From: Candidatus Pacearchaeota archaeon
GTDB lineage: Archaea > Nanobdellota > Nanobdellia > Pacearchaeales > JAPDKA01
Assembly (NCBI GenBank): GCA_038840695.1
Contig: JAWBVE010000003.1
Span: 16,784-80,783 of the forward strand
DNA: 64,000 nt
Reading direction: 5' to 3'
Shown here: one piece after another, positions 9,961 to 19,522 of the stretch
How positions within the stretch are numbered: position 1 is the first letter of the stretch
Layout: every line of letters begins with the position of its first letter
Notes under the pieces: model-generated
Seen by the model: the letters and a program-made list of their open reading frames with translations, nothing else
What the model was told of the DNA's origin: nothing
Database searches by the model: none
Program-made: the position numbers and the translations under genes

Positions 9961-10698
9961 ATGGTAAAGTGTTCAAGATGCAGAAAAAAGATAGATAGTA
10001 GCTTTAGCTATTGCCCTTATTGTGGGGCAAGACAACTGAAAGGAAACCTTCTTGATGATATTGACGAATTAACAAAAGCAAATGAAGATGAACTTTTTGG
10101 AAATATTTTTGATAAGTTTGATAAGCTTAATTTCCCCTTTGGTTTTGGCAAATTAATAAAAGGGCTAACAAAGCAGATAGAAGCAGAAATAGCTAGACTT
10201 GATAAGGAATTTAAGTTGCAAGCTTCAAACAAAAAGCGAGAGCCAAAAACCTCGCCTAATAAAATTGCAATAAGAATAACTTTTTCTGACAGCGATACTC
10301 CTGGTATTGTTATCGATAAAATAGAAGAAGGAACTGAAAGGCATATCGAGAGAGAAAATGTAAAGCGAGAAGGAAAGCGTGAGATAGAAAATGAAAGAAA
10401 GAAAATTAAAAAAATTCGAGAAATAAAAGGCACAAAAATAAAGAAATTAAAAGAGCTTGCAAGAGAAGAAGCGAAAACGAGAATAATGAGATTAAGTGAC
10501 AGGATTATCTATGAGCTTGAGCTTGATGGTGTAAAAAGCTTGGATGATATTGAAATCAGACAACTCGAAAATACGACAGAAGTCAAAGCAATAGCAAAAG
10601 ACAAAATTTATTTCAAACTTATTCCACTAGCGCTCCCTATAATTAGCTATGAATTTAAAGATGGAAAATTGTATATTTATTTTAAGCCGGAAATTTGA
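9961..10698 (+). CDS. Zinc-ribbon protein with C-terminal Hsp20-like beta domain
   Basis: CSRC...CPYC at N-terminus; C-terminal IIYELELDGV..LDDI..EVKA..KIYFK..GKLYIYF. Confidence 0.6.
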   Translation: MVKCSRCRKKIDSSFSYCPYCGARQLKGNLLDDIDELTKANEDELFGNIFDKFDKLNFPFGFGKLIKGLTKQIEAEIARLDKEFKLQASNKKREPKTSPNKIAIRITFSDSDTPGIVIDKIEEGTERHIERENVKREGKREIENERKKIKKIREIKGTKIKKLKELAREEAKTRIMRLSDRIIYELELDGVKSLDDIEIRQLENTTEVKAIAKDKIYFKLIPLALPIISYEFKDGKLYIYFKPEI

Positions 10699-10741
10699 AC
10701 ATTTAAATAGCGAGATAGGGATAGTAATAACGAGATAAATA

Positions 10742-11365
10742 ATGAATAAAATGAATGATGACATTTATGAACCCCGTGAGGATTCATTTTTAATGCAAGA
10801 AGCGATTCGAAAAATTATAAAAAAAAGCGATAAAGTGCTGGAAATAGGGACTGGAAGTGGCATTCTTGCATTTGAAGCTGCGAGGATTGCAAGACATATA
10901 GATGCAACAGACATAAATAGATCAGCGCTTGAATTTGTTAAAGCCCAGATTAGGGCTTTAAATTTTAATAACATTAGTGTCTTTTATTCTGATTTATTTG
11001 AAAATGTAAATAGTAAATATGATCTAATCATCTTCAATCCACCTTACCTGCCTTCCATTCCCCCTCTATCACATTCTCTACCCTTGCCAAAAAGAAATGA
11101 AATAAAAGATTGGGCAGTCGATGGAGGAAAAGAAGGCAATGAAATAATAAAAAAATTTATTTCACAAGCAAGTTCTTTTTTAAAGCCAAGAGGCAGAATT
11201 CTTTTTTGTTGTTCCTCATTGAGCAATCCTAAAGCAATTGAAGCTGAACTAAAGCGACACAATTTTAAATTTAAAATAATTGCAAGAAAACCACTTTTTT
11301 TCGAAGAACTTTTTGTTTACCTTGCCAGGAAAAATGAAGGGAAAGAAAAAAGCAAATGTAGCTAG
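10742..11365 (+). CDS. HemK2/PrmC-like Gln N5-methyltransferase (putative aRF1 methylase)
   Basis: YEPREDSFL, EIGTGSG, FNPPY. Confidence 0.88.
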   Translation: MNKMNDDIYEPREDSFLMQEAIRKIIKKSDKVLEIGTGSGILAFEAARIARHIDATDINRSALEFVKAQIRALNFNNISVFYSDLFENVNSKYDLIIFNPPYLPSIPPLSHSLPLPKRNEIKDWAVDGGKEGNEIIKKFISQASSFLKPRGRILFCCSSLSNPKAIEAELKRHNFKFKIIARKPLFFEELFVYLARKNEGKEKSKCS

Positions 11366-11801
11366 AGAAGTTTCTGCAGGAGCAATAATATTTTACTCGG
11401 AAAAAGGAAAAATATATTATCTAATTTTATACCGGGCCCCTCATGGCAACTTCAAAGAGTATTATGGATTTGTGCAGGGTAATGTAGAGAAAGGTGAAGA
11501 AGCTCGAGATACAGTGCTAAGAGAAGCTAGAGAGGAAGCTGGACTAGACATAAAGTTAATTCCGAATTTTAAAGAAAAAATTCATTATTTCTATCAAAGA
11601 GACAATAAAACAATAAGCAAAGATGTGATTTTTTTCTTGGCTGAAGCTAAGACAAATAAAGTAAAACTTAGTGAGGAACATGACGGCTATTTTTGGCTAA
11701 CATATGATGAAGCATTGAAAAAATTAAGATTTAAAAATCAAAAAGAAATTTTGGCCAAGGCTAATGAGTTCATAACAAAAGCCACAAACAGTGCAGCATA
11801 A
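11334..11801 (+). CDS. Nudix hydrolase, Ap4A hydrolase-like
   Basis: Nudix box GNVEKGEEARDTVLREAREEAGL, LSEEHDGYFW; ATG at 11334 preferred over the longer track ORF. Confidence 0.88.
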   Translation: MKGKKKANVAREVSAGAIIFYSEKGKIYYLILYRAPHGNFKEYYGFVQGNVEKGEEARDTVLREAREEAGLDIKLIPNFKEKIHYFYQRDNKTISKDVIFFLAEAKTNKVKLSEEHDGYFWLTYDEALKKLRFKNQKEILAKANEFITKATNSAA

Positions 11802-11851
11802 GCTCAGTAAATTCTATGCTCATGAGCATTGTAGCTTGCGAGCTTAATAGA

Positions 11852-12736
11852 CTAGTAGCATTTAGCCTCTCTCAGCGCGTTTTTTATATCAGAAATTTTT
11901 CCGGATTTTACATTGATGTTTAGGGCTTTTTTTGTATTTTTAGCCTTATCAACAATAATCAATTCAACGGGCACTTTGTTTAATTTTTCATAAGCTCGCC
12001 CAAGGCACAAACTACTAAACATACTAACTGCCTCTCTCTTCGTAAAATCGCCATACTTTACTATATAGTCGCTAGTTTTACTCGTTAGCTCTACTCTCGC
12101 TTCACCCTTGTTGTTTGTTGTTAATTCAGTTTTGAATCCTAGCGCATCTGAATAGAGTTCAAATTTTGCATTTGCAACTGGTTCATACTTAACAAGATAT
12201 TTCTCACTTATCGGATTCTTTTCTATTTTTGTTTCATCTGTTTTTCTTTCTTCATGCTTAATATCTTCAATAATTTCCCTTCTTTCATGAAGTCTCTTAT
12301 GTTCTGGCTCACATATGCCGAGACCAATCAATATGCCTGGAAGAATAAAAAAAGCCATGCCAATACCTGCAGCAATCGAGCAACCAATTATGAATGGCAC
12401 ATTTTCATACCTCTCAATTCTTGTTGTTTTTAGCTCAATAGTCTGGTATTTTCGCTTAGTAACTTTTTCATATTCTGTTTCATAAAATTCATGGAAAGCA
12501 GAAATCGATAAAAGACCGGTTATGTTATCAAATTTTGTCTCGTAATTTGTTACTACCTCCCTCTCCTTAAACTGACTTTTATTTTCAACTTTATAGCTAT
12601 AATTTTCTGTAGGGATTTCTTTTGTATTTCTCTCTACAAGAACCCACTTAGTGCAGCCTGGTACTAATGATAATGCTAAAGTTAGTGGAATAATTTTTTT
12701 TGTAACTTTTTCAATAATTTTTTCTAAAGTGATCAT
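11852..12736 (-). CDS. Orphan putative lipoprotein with internal hydrophobic segment
   Basis: KK + hydrophobic stretch + VPGC (Cys28); Gly-rich hydrophobic segment near residues 114-141. Confidence 0.5.
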   Translation of the reverse strand: MITLEKIIEKVTKKIIPLTLALSLVPGCTKWVLVERNTKEIPTENYSYKVENKSQFKEREVVTNYETKFDNITGLLSISAFHEFYETEYEKVTKRKYQTIELKTTRIERYENVPFIIGCSIAAGIGMAFFILPGILIGLGICEPEHKRLHERREIIEDIKHEERKTDETKIEKNPISEKYLVKYEPVANAKFELYSDALGFKTELTTNNKGEARVELTSKTSDYIVKYGDFTKREAVSMFSSLCLGRAYEKLNKVPVELIIVDKAKNTKKALNINVKSGKISDIKNALREAKCY

Positions 12737-12950
12737 TTTTGATTTTTTGCTTTATTTTCTTTTTTTAGAATTGTCTAACATTTTTAAAAAATTCGCTAAA
12801 TTTTTTCTCACGAGCAGTAACAAAAAATTGGCAAAAAGTTTAAAAAAGAAATTTTTTTAACTTTTTAAGTGATTACACTACAAAAAGAAACAAAGAAATA
12901 AAAAAAGAAATAAAGAAATAAAATAACAAAATAAAATAAAAATCAATAAA

Positions 12951-15062
12951 ATGAAAAAAATTTTATTGGCTGGGATGACGATAGCTTGCCTGGCCATCAT
13001 CATTGCCTTAGCACTCATTTCGCTTGCTTCTATTGTCAGTGCTTTTGATGTTCAAAGCAATTTGCTTACAAATGTTGTCTGTCCTTCATCAACACTTGTA
13101 ATCGAAGAAAAGATAACTGCTGATAAAGACACAAAGTTGGAAGTGCTACTCGAAGGAACTGCTGCAAGTTTTGCAACAGCCTTGCCCCAAGCACTTATGT
13201 TAACGAAAGATGAAGTAGCAAGTACTTATATTTATATAACACCTTCAAGCACTGTGATTCCAGGTAGCTATAGCCTAAATGTCGTGCTCTCTGATGGAAT
13301 AGAAACAAAAAGAGTAAGTCATAACATAATTGTTGAGAATTGTAATAAGTTAGTGCTTAGCCTTGAGCCAGTTAAAGATGTTTGTGCTTGCGACGCTAAA
13401 ATATACAAAGCAAGCATAAAGAATAATGGCATTTATAGAGAGCGTTATAAGATAGAGATTATGGGTAATGCGGCAAGCTTTGCTAGGCTAAGTACTGATA
13501 TGCTTGCACTTGATCCTGGCGAGACGCGAAATTTCTTAGTTTATTTTAATCCTTCTTGCAGCTTAAAAGCAGATAGCTATTCTTTCACATTAAAAGCAAG
13601 TTCACTTGATAGTCGTGCTCTAGCAATTCTTGATGGAAAAATAAATGTGAGAAATTGTTATGGATATGAGCTTTTGCCTGAAAAAAATTTCTATAGCTTA
13701 TGTGATGGCGAAAAAGGCAGTGTGAAATTTACCATAGCAAATAAAGGTGAAAGTGAGAATAGCTATGAAATAAATCTTGATGGTCCATCGTGGACACATC
13801 TTACAAAAAATAGACTAATCCTAGCACCGGGCGAGAGCAATGAAGTGAATATCTCATTATTACCAAAATTTGGCGAGAAGGAAGGTAATTATAGCTTAAA
13901 AATAAAGACTTTATCTGATAAAGGCAAAATTTTAGCTAAAGATACAATTACAGTGCAGCTTAGAGAATGTCATAGTGCCAGTCTTGAGATTCTATTTGAT
14001 AAGAACTCTGATAAGATATGCAATGCCCTTTCGAATACTTATGAAGTTGAATTAAAAAATACTGGTGAAAAGCCTGGCGATTATGTGTTAATGTTAACCG
14101 GCCCTAGCTGGGCAAAATTAAAAAATGCCACAACAGCTCAGCTCGAGCCTCAGAAAAGCTTTAAATTTAATCTTGAGATTAGCCCACCTTATGGCACAAA
14201 GTCAGACAAGTATGAAATAAAAATAAGTGCTAAGGACAGAAATTCTGAAGTAAAAGTGAGTGATGAAATAGTGATTGAAACTTTTACAAAAGAAGAATGC
14301 TATAAGCCAAAAATAAACCTTGAGGAGAAAGAAATTAAAGTGGCTAAAGATAGTACTAAAGTAATCATCGCAACTGTTGAAAATGTTGGCGCAAGAAAGG
14401 CAAGTTATATAGTTGATAGTTCTGGAACTGCAAATCGATTTGTTTCTGTAACGCCAAGTTTGCTTGAGATCGAGCCAGAAAAAGCAAAGCCTCTATACAT
14501 TTATATAGCTCCAACTTTAACAACACCAAATGGAACTTATGATCTAACAATAAGCATTAGACTAAATGATTCAACAATACTTGCTTCTCAAAACTTAAAG
14601 ATAGAAGTCGTTGATAAACTTGAAAAAGCTAAAGAGGAAGAGCTCGAGCTTGAGCTCGAGCTTGAAAATCTTACGCTTGAAGAACTTGAAAGGCTTGAAA
14701 AAGAGCTAGGCGAGGAAAGCAAGAAAGAAAGCAAGAAAAGTTTATGGAGTAGAATTAGAGATTGGTTTAAGAAGATATTCGGAAAAAGGGCAGAAAAAGA
14801 AAGCACTACACAGCAAGCATCATTGCCGAAACAAACAAATACCTCAAATATTTCAAGCAAGTCAAGTAAGTTGCCAACCCAGTCCCAATTAGCAACTCAG
14901 GCAAGTCAAGAGCATCAACAGCAGCAACAGCAAAATAAAACAATAAACAAAACAAGTTTTAACGAATTTCTTGCAAAATATAAATGGGAGTTTATTGCAG
15001 CACTTGTGATAATTTTAATAATCCTTATTCTCGTACTCCTTGATTTTTTTAGGAAAAGTTAA
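12951..15062 (+). CDS. Large surface protein of Cys-containing Ig-like repeats with C-terminal TM
   Basis: Signal peptide; ~100-aa repeats with regularly spaced Cys; low-complexity linker; TM anchor. Confidence 0.65.
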   Translation: MKKILLAGMTIACLAIIIALALISLASIVSAFDVQSNLLTNVVCPSSTLVIEEKITADKDTKLEVLLEGTAASFATALPQALMLTKDEVASTYIYITPSSTVIPGSYSLNVVLSDGIETKRVSHNIIVENCNKLVLSLEPVKDVCACDAKIYKASIKNNGIYRERYKIEIMGNAASFARLSTDMLALDPGETRNFLVYFNPSCSLKADSYSFTLKASSLDSRALAILDGKINVRNCYGYELLPEKNFYSLCDGEKGSVKFTIANKGESENSYEINLDGPSWTHLTKNRLILAPGESNEVNISLLPKFGEKEGNYSLKIKTLSDKGKILAKDTITVQLRECHSASLEILFDKNSDKICNALSNTYEVELKNTGEKPGDYVLMLTGPSWAKLKNATTAQLEPQKSFKFNLEISPPYGTKSDKYEIKISAKDRNSEVKVSDEIVIETFTKEECYKPKINLEEKEIKVAKDSTKVIIATVENVGARKASYIVDSSGTANRFVSVTPSLLEIEPEKAKPLYIYIAPTLTTPNGTYDLTISIRLNDSTILASQNLKIEVVDKLEKAKEEELELELELENLTLEELERLEKELGEESKKESKKSLWSRIRDWFKKIFGKRAEKESTTQQASLPKQTNTSNISSKSSKLPTQSQLATQASQEHQQQQQQNKTINKTSFNEFLAKYKWEFIAALVIILIILILVLLDFFRKS

Positions 15063-15110
15063 AGAGAAGTTAAAGAGAAACATTTTTAATTTTCATTGCT
15101 TCTTATTTAT

Positions 15111-16022
15111 ATGGAAAAAGAGGAAATCAAAAGTGGGTATGATGAGAGTGAAAGTACAAAATCAAGAGAAAAGAAGGTTTATTGGCCAAGAGTGATTGAA
15201 TATAAGCAACCAGAAGCTAAAGATGAAAGGGGAGAAGTGATGGCAAAAATAAAAAACTTTTTGCTAGGCATTAAGCCAAGAGAAAAGCTACAAATGCTGG
15301 AACAAGTTTATTTAAACAATTTTATTTATGCCAAGACAAAAGAGCAGATGGAGCTATTATTTAATATATTGAAAGCTATGGATGCTGTCGATAGGGCTTA
15401 TTTTGTCTTGCGAGAATATAGGAACATGGCATACTTTGATAATGCATTACCAATAGGCTTTGATCAAACAATAAGTCAGCCAAGCACCGTTGCAAGAATG
15501 CTATTGTTGCTTTTTGATGGAATTTGGGATCGAACAAGAGAAAAAGTTAAATTTAAAGTTTTTGAAGTCGGCACAGGCTCTGGATGGAATGCAGCATTAA
15601 TTGCTTATTTGCTAAGTTTTTATTTTAAAAGTTATGAAGTGCACAGCGTTGATAGAATTGAAGGGTTAGTTAAGTTTGCAAAACAAAACCTAGCAAAGCT
15701 ATTGGCTATGCAAAATCAAAAAGAAATAAAAATAATTAAAAATAAAATCAAGATCGCCTTTGATGATGCGTTTGAATACGCTAAAGGAAAAAAATTTGAT
15801 TATATTATATTTACTGCTGGAATTCCAAATAAAATAATAGAGGAAAAAGTGAAAGCGATGGCAAGAGAAAACTTAAGAAAAGATGGCATATTAATATGCC
15901 CTGAAACTTATGGCGAAATTTTTATTTATAAGAAGGCAAAGCATGGCCATAGCCTAAAACTTGAAAAAACATCTGAAGCCTTCGCTTTTGTTCCATTGCT
16001 AGAAGGAAAAATATATGAATAA
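15111..16022 (+). CDS. pcm: Protein-L-isoaspartate O-methyltransferase-like protein with N-terminal extension
   Basis: VDRAYF, LPIGFDQTISQPSTVARML, EVGTGSGWNAA, FVPL. Confidence 0.8.
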   Translation: MEKEEIKSGYDESESTKSREKKVYWPRVIEYKQPEAKDERGEVMAKIKNFLLGIKPREKLQMLEQVYLNNFIYAKTKEQMELLFNILKAMDAVDRAYFVLREYRNMAYFDNALPIGFDQTISQPSTVARMLLLLFDGIWDRTREKVKFKVFEVGTGSGWNAALIAYLLSFYFKSYEVHSVDRIEGLVKFAKQNLAKLLAMQNQKEIKIIKNKIKIAFDDAFEYAKGKKFDYIIFTAGIPNKIIEEKVKAMARENLRKDGILICPETYGEIFIYKKAKHGHSLKLEKTSEAFAFVPLLEGKIYE

Positions 16023-16062
16023 GCAAGTGTTCAAAAAAAGAACGAATGTCTTTTTAACTATT

Positions 16063-16728
16063 TTAACTTGCAATTTCTTTTGAAATTTTTCTGACATATT
16101 TTGAAGCAGCAACGATTGGATAAGGATACTTATATTTGCCAAGTCCAAATTTTTTTGTTAAGCTTACAGCACTATCAAGAGATATTTTATGCCCAACACT
16201 GACAATAATGGGTTTTGCAAAATCTACAAGCTGGACAAGGCGACCAACAACTTTGCCATTCAAAACAACATCATTTTCTTTAATTTCAAAGCCTTTTATT
16301 GGTTCATCTGCAATGGATATAACGCAGCTATCCGTTGCTATGCCAAAATGTGATGCGAGACCACAGCCTCTCGGATGATCAATGCCAAGAGCTCTGATGA
16401 AGAATACATCAGGCCTATTTTCAAGTTTTTCATAGCAAGCAATAAGCGGTCTGAGTTCTCGATAAGCTCTGAAGCCAGGGATATAAGGAAAATTTAACTT
16501 ATCATGGCAAAATTTTGATTCGATCTCTTCCAAATTTTCATTAAGTACAACAATTCCCACAATTATACTTTTATTTTTTTCATCAACGCTTTCAGCAATG
16601 CCTGCAACACTTTGCAAAGCTGAAAAATCCATGTAATCTTTTTTCGAAACAAGCTTACTAAGCTTTAATTGTTCTCGCTTTAATGCATCAATATCTATAC
16701 CTCTTTTCCTGGCTTCTTCCTCCAGCAT
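16063..16728 (-). CDS. nfi: Endonuclease V homologue, catalytic Asp residues replaced
   Basis: FPYIPGF.AYRE, HPRGCGLASHFG, VSVGHKISL; acidic metal ligands substituted. Confidence 0.85.
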   Translation of the reverse strand: MLEEEARKRGIDIDALKREQLKLSKLVSKKDYMDFSALQSVAGIAESVDEKNKSIIVGIVVLNENLEEIESKFCHDKLNFPYIPGFRAYRELRPLIACYEKLENRPDVFFIRALGIDHPRGCGLASHFGIATDSCVISIADEPIKGFEIKENDVVLNGKVVGRLVQLVDFAKPIIVSVGHKISLDSAVSLTKKFGLGKYKYPYPIVAASKYVRKISKEIAS

Positions 16729-16751
16729 TTTACAATTTTGGTGATTTTATT

Positions 16752-17285
16752 TTAACCTAAATATTTTAATTCTTGGCTTTTTCTTTCTGCAATGCAAGCA
16801 TTTAAAATTGCAAGAATTTCAGGCTTCATTTTTTTCCATTCATCATAAAGTCTTTTTATCATCTCTGCTTCGTTTTTCTCATCATACTCAAGTTCTAGCT
16901 TTAATGATTCAAATCTAATCCGTGAAACTTTTTCAATAAAATCATAAATTTTTCTTTTTTCTTCGTCGCTTATTTTTTTTAAGGCCATCATACCACTAAC
17001 TCTCAAACCACTTAAAAGAGAATCAAAAACTCCTGCAAAAAAGCTAAATTTGTCATAAATACAGCGCCTTATAAACTTTAATAAAAACATTGTTTTATGC
17101 TTAATTAGCTGTTCAATTTCAAATTCTTTATTCAATTCATCAAAGCTTGGCAATGAATATTTTTTTCTAAGGTTTTCATATCTTTCTTTTAGTGCTTTTA
17201 TTTTTTTCTCTTCTTTCTCATTTACTGTTTTGTCATTTTCAGTTTTGTTTTTTTCCTGATTTTTTTCTTTATTTTGCTTTGGCAT
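16752..17285 (-). CDS. Hypothetical helical protein
   Basis: 177-aa ORF with host-like composition filling the gap. Confidence 0.7.
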   Translation of the reverse strand: MPKQNKEKNQEKNKTENDKTVNEKEEKKIKALKERYENLRKKYSLPSFDELNKEFEIEQLIKHKTMFLLKFIRRCIYDKFSFFAGVFDSLLSGLRVSGMMALKKISDEEKRKIYDFIEKVSRIRFESLKLELEYDEKNEAEMIKRLYDEWKKMKPEILAILNACIAERKSQELKYLG

Positions 17286-17317
17286 TTTAGCTAGGGCAAG
17301 TAAAGGTGAAGAGCCAG

Positions 17318-17390
17318 AGCCACTGGAGGGCTTCGAACCCTCGACCTCAGCCTTACCATGGCCGCGCTCTACCAGCTGAGCTACAGTGGC
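17318..17390 (-). tRNA. tRNA-Thr(GGT)
   Basis: GCCACTG/CAGTGGC acceptor, CGGCC-ATGGTAA-GGCTG anticodon arm, TTCGAAG T-loop. Confidence 0.94.
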
Positions 17391-17491
17391 ATGCTTAAAT
17401 TAACGATAAGAAATTATGATTTTAAATTTTAAAATTTTACTCACTAAAATTGGTGAAATAGATTTAAAAATGTCATAAGGAAAAAATCCTT

Positions 17492-19027
17492 ATGATAAAG
17501 GCTAGGCATGAGTGTGGACTAGCAGCTTTAGTTTTTCCTAATGAGCATGTTGCACCATATCTTTATCGTATGATTCTCGCACTGCAACACCGAGGACAGG
17601 CATCGGCTGGAGTTGCAACAATTGATGAAAATAATAATGTTCACTTGCATAAAGGTATTGGATTTGTGAATCAGGTTTTTGAAACAAGAGATTATGAAGC
17701 ACATAAAAAAATCATTGCAAGCTTAAAAGGAGACATTGGAATAGGGCATGTAAGATATTCAACTTCAGGAAAAGAAAATTTTGATGAAGAAGCGCAGCCC
17801 TTTTATCGAAGACACAGCAAGCTTTGGAAAAAATTTGTATTAGCATTAAACGGCCAACTTACTAATTATTTAAAAATCAAGGGCAATCTAGAAAAATGTG
17901 AGTATCATTTTGATACTTCAACAGATACAGAAGTAATTCTTTGTCTTCTAAGCAAAGAAATAAAGGAAAAATCATTGTTGATTGGGGATAAAAATCCTGA
18001 CATGTATGATGTTGTCAAATCGCTTTCAAAAGAGCTTGATGGCTCTTATAATTTACTTGTGTTACGAGGCGATAAGGAACTGGCAGTAATAAGGGATCCT
18101 CTCGGCTTCAGACCTCTTTGCTATTTTTATGATGAAAAAGAAAGGATATTCGCCGTTGCTTCAGAATCAGTTGCATTGAATGCTGTCGGTTTTGAAATTA
18201 CAGGGCATGTGAGACCAGGAGAAATTATAATCTATAAAGAAGGAAAACTTGAGAAGAAAATTTTTGCTGAATCAACGAGGAGAGCGCAATGTATGTTTGA
18301 AAGAGTTTATTTTGCACATGATGCATCTAATCTTGATGAAGGAAATGTATACAAGATAAGATATGATCTTGGGGCTGAATTGGCAAAGCGATTAAAGGAT
18401 AAATTAAAATTAAACGAGCTAAGTGATTATGTTGTTATACCTGTTCCAGACTCTGGAATTCCTGCAGGAAAGGCAATAGCTGATTATTTAGAAATAAACT
18501 ATGAACCAAGAGCTTTAGTTAAAAATCGAGAAGTAGGAAGAGCTTTCATTGATGAAAAAGCCCAGCGAGAGCTGAAGATGAGCTCAAAGTATATTTTAAA
18601 TTATGAGCTAATAAGAAATAAAAAAGTTATAATTGTCGACGATAGCCGCGTGAGAGGTGAAACTTCGACAAAGATAATAAATTTTATTGCACAAGCTAAG
18701 CCTAAAGAAATCTGTTTTGCTGTAACGTGCCCACCAATCTATTATCCTTGCTTCTATGGCATCGATTTTCCTACTAAAGAAGAACTTGCTGCAAGTAAAT
18801 ACAAAGAGCTCAAACTTGATGATCTCGAAATCATTGTAAGCAATGAAATAAGTAGAGAAATAAGCAATGAAACAAGCTATAAAATGCAAATAAAATTTGT
18901 TTATCAGAGCCTTGACGGATTTTTAAATGCTATGAAACTTCCTAAAAGCGAATTATGCCTAGCATGTTTGAATGGAGATTATCCTACTCCTGGCGGATTT
19001 GAGAGGTATTTAGAAAGCCTAAGCTGA
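17492..19027 (+). CDS. purF: Amidophosphoribosyltransferase-like protein
   Basis: N-terminal ECG, QHRGQ, GHVRYST, DTE, CMFERVYF, VDDS, CFYGID, CLAC Fe-S ligands. Confidence 0.9.
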   Translation: MIKARHECGLAALVFPNEHVAPYLYRMILALQHRGQASAGVATIDENNNVHLHKGIGFVNQVFETRDYEAHKKIIASLKGDIGIGHVRYSTSGKENFDEEAQPFYRRHSKLWKKFVLALNGQLTNYLKIKGNLEKCEYHFDTSTDTEVILCLLSKEIKEKSLLIGDKNPDMYDVVKSLSKELDGSYNLLVLRGDKELAVIRDPLGFRPLCYFYDEKERIFAVASESVALNAVGFEITGHVRPGEIIIYKEGKLEKKIFAESTRRAQCMFERVYFAHDASNLDEGNVYKIRYDLGAELAKRLKDKLKLNELSDYVVIPVPDSGIPAGKAIADYLEINYEPRALVKNREVGRAFIDEKAQRELKMSSKYILNYELIRNKKVIIVDDSRVRGETSTKIINFIAQAKPKEICFAVTCPPIYYPCFYGIDFPTKEELAASKYKELKLDDLEIIVSNEISREISNETSYKMQIKFVYQSLDGFLNAMKLPKSELCLACLNGDYPTPGGFERYLESLS

Positions 19028-19072
19028 ATGTAAACAGCAAGCTACAAGCTTTCCTATTTGCGCTTGTCTCTG

Positions 19073-19357
19073 CTATTGCTTTGTTTCATTTTTGGTTTCA
19101 TTTTTCTTAACTTCAGACTTAATTTCAGGTATCCAATCCTGCTTTATAACAAAAGAAGTTATCTCGGCGATATTTTTAATACTATTTTTTGCGAAAGCAC
19201 CTAAGCTACTAAAATATAAGTTTATTCCTTCTTTTTTTGTTATATCGATTTTGTTTTTTATTATAATCACAATGCTCAAAATTATAAACAAAATAAAAAT
19301 TATGATAAAAAGTCTTTCTAGAAATTTACCAAAAATAAGCTGTCTCACACCCATCAA
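19073..19357 (-). CDS. Small single-pass membrane protein
   Basis: 94 aa, one strong hydrophobic helix. Confidence 0.55.
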   Translation of the reverse strand: MMGVRQLIFGKFLERLFIIIFILFIILSIVIIIKNKIDITKKEGINLYFSSLGAFAKNSIKNIAEITSFVIKQDWIPEIKSEVKKNETKNETKQ

Positions 19358-19421
19358 GCAAGATATTTTTAAAGTTTAAAATCTTTTTTATTTTGTGCTT
19401 TTAAGCTGCTTTTAAGCTCAT

Positions 19422-19494
19422 AGCCCTGTAGTCTAGTGGTCAAGGACGGCAGGCTCTGGCCCTGCAGACCTCGGTTCGAATCCGAGCAGGGCTA
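19422..19494 (+). tRNA. tRNA-Gln(CTG)
   Basis: AGCCCTG/CAGGGCT acceptor, GCAGG-CTCTGGC-CCTGC anticodon arm. Confidence 0.95.
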
Positions 19495-19522
19495 CTTTTT
19501 ATTTTTGTCTTTATTTTTGTCT

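Noticed and set aside
11816-11829. Palindrome ATGCTCATGAGCAT
   Set aside because: Between convergent genes, single copy; likely a terminator-region or chance feature
17351-17361. A32 in tRNA-Thr(GGT) as an anomaly
   Set aside because: The CCATGGTAAGG loop is, from recall, known in other tRNA-Thr(GGU) genes
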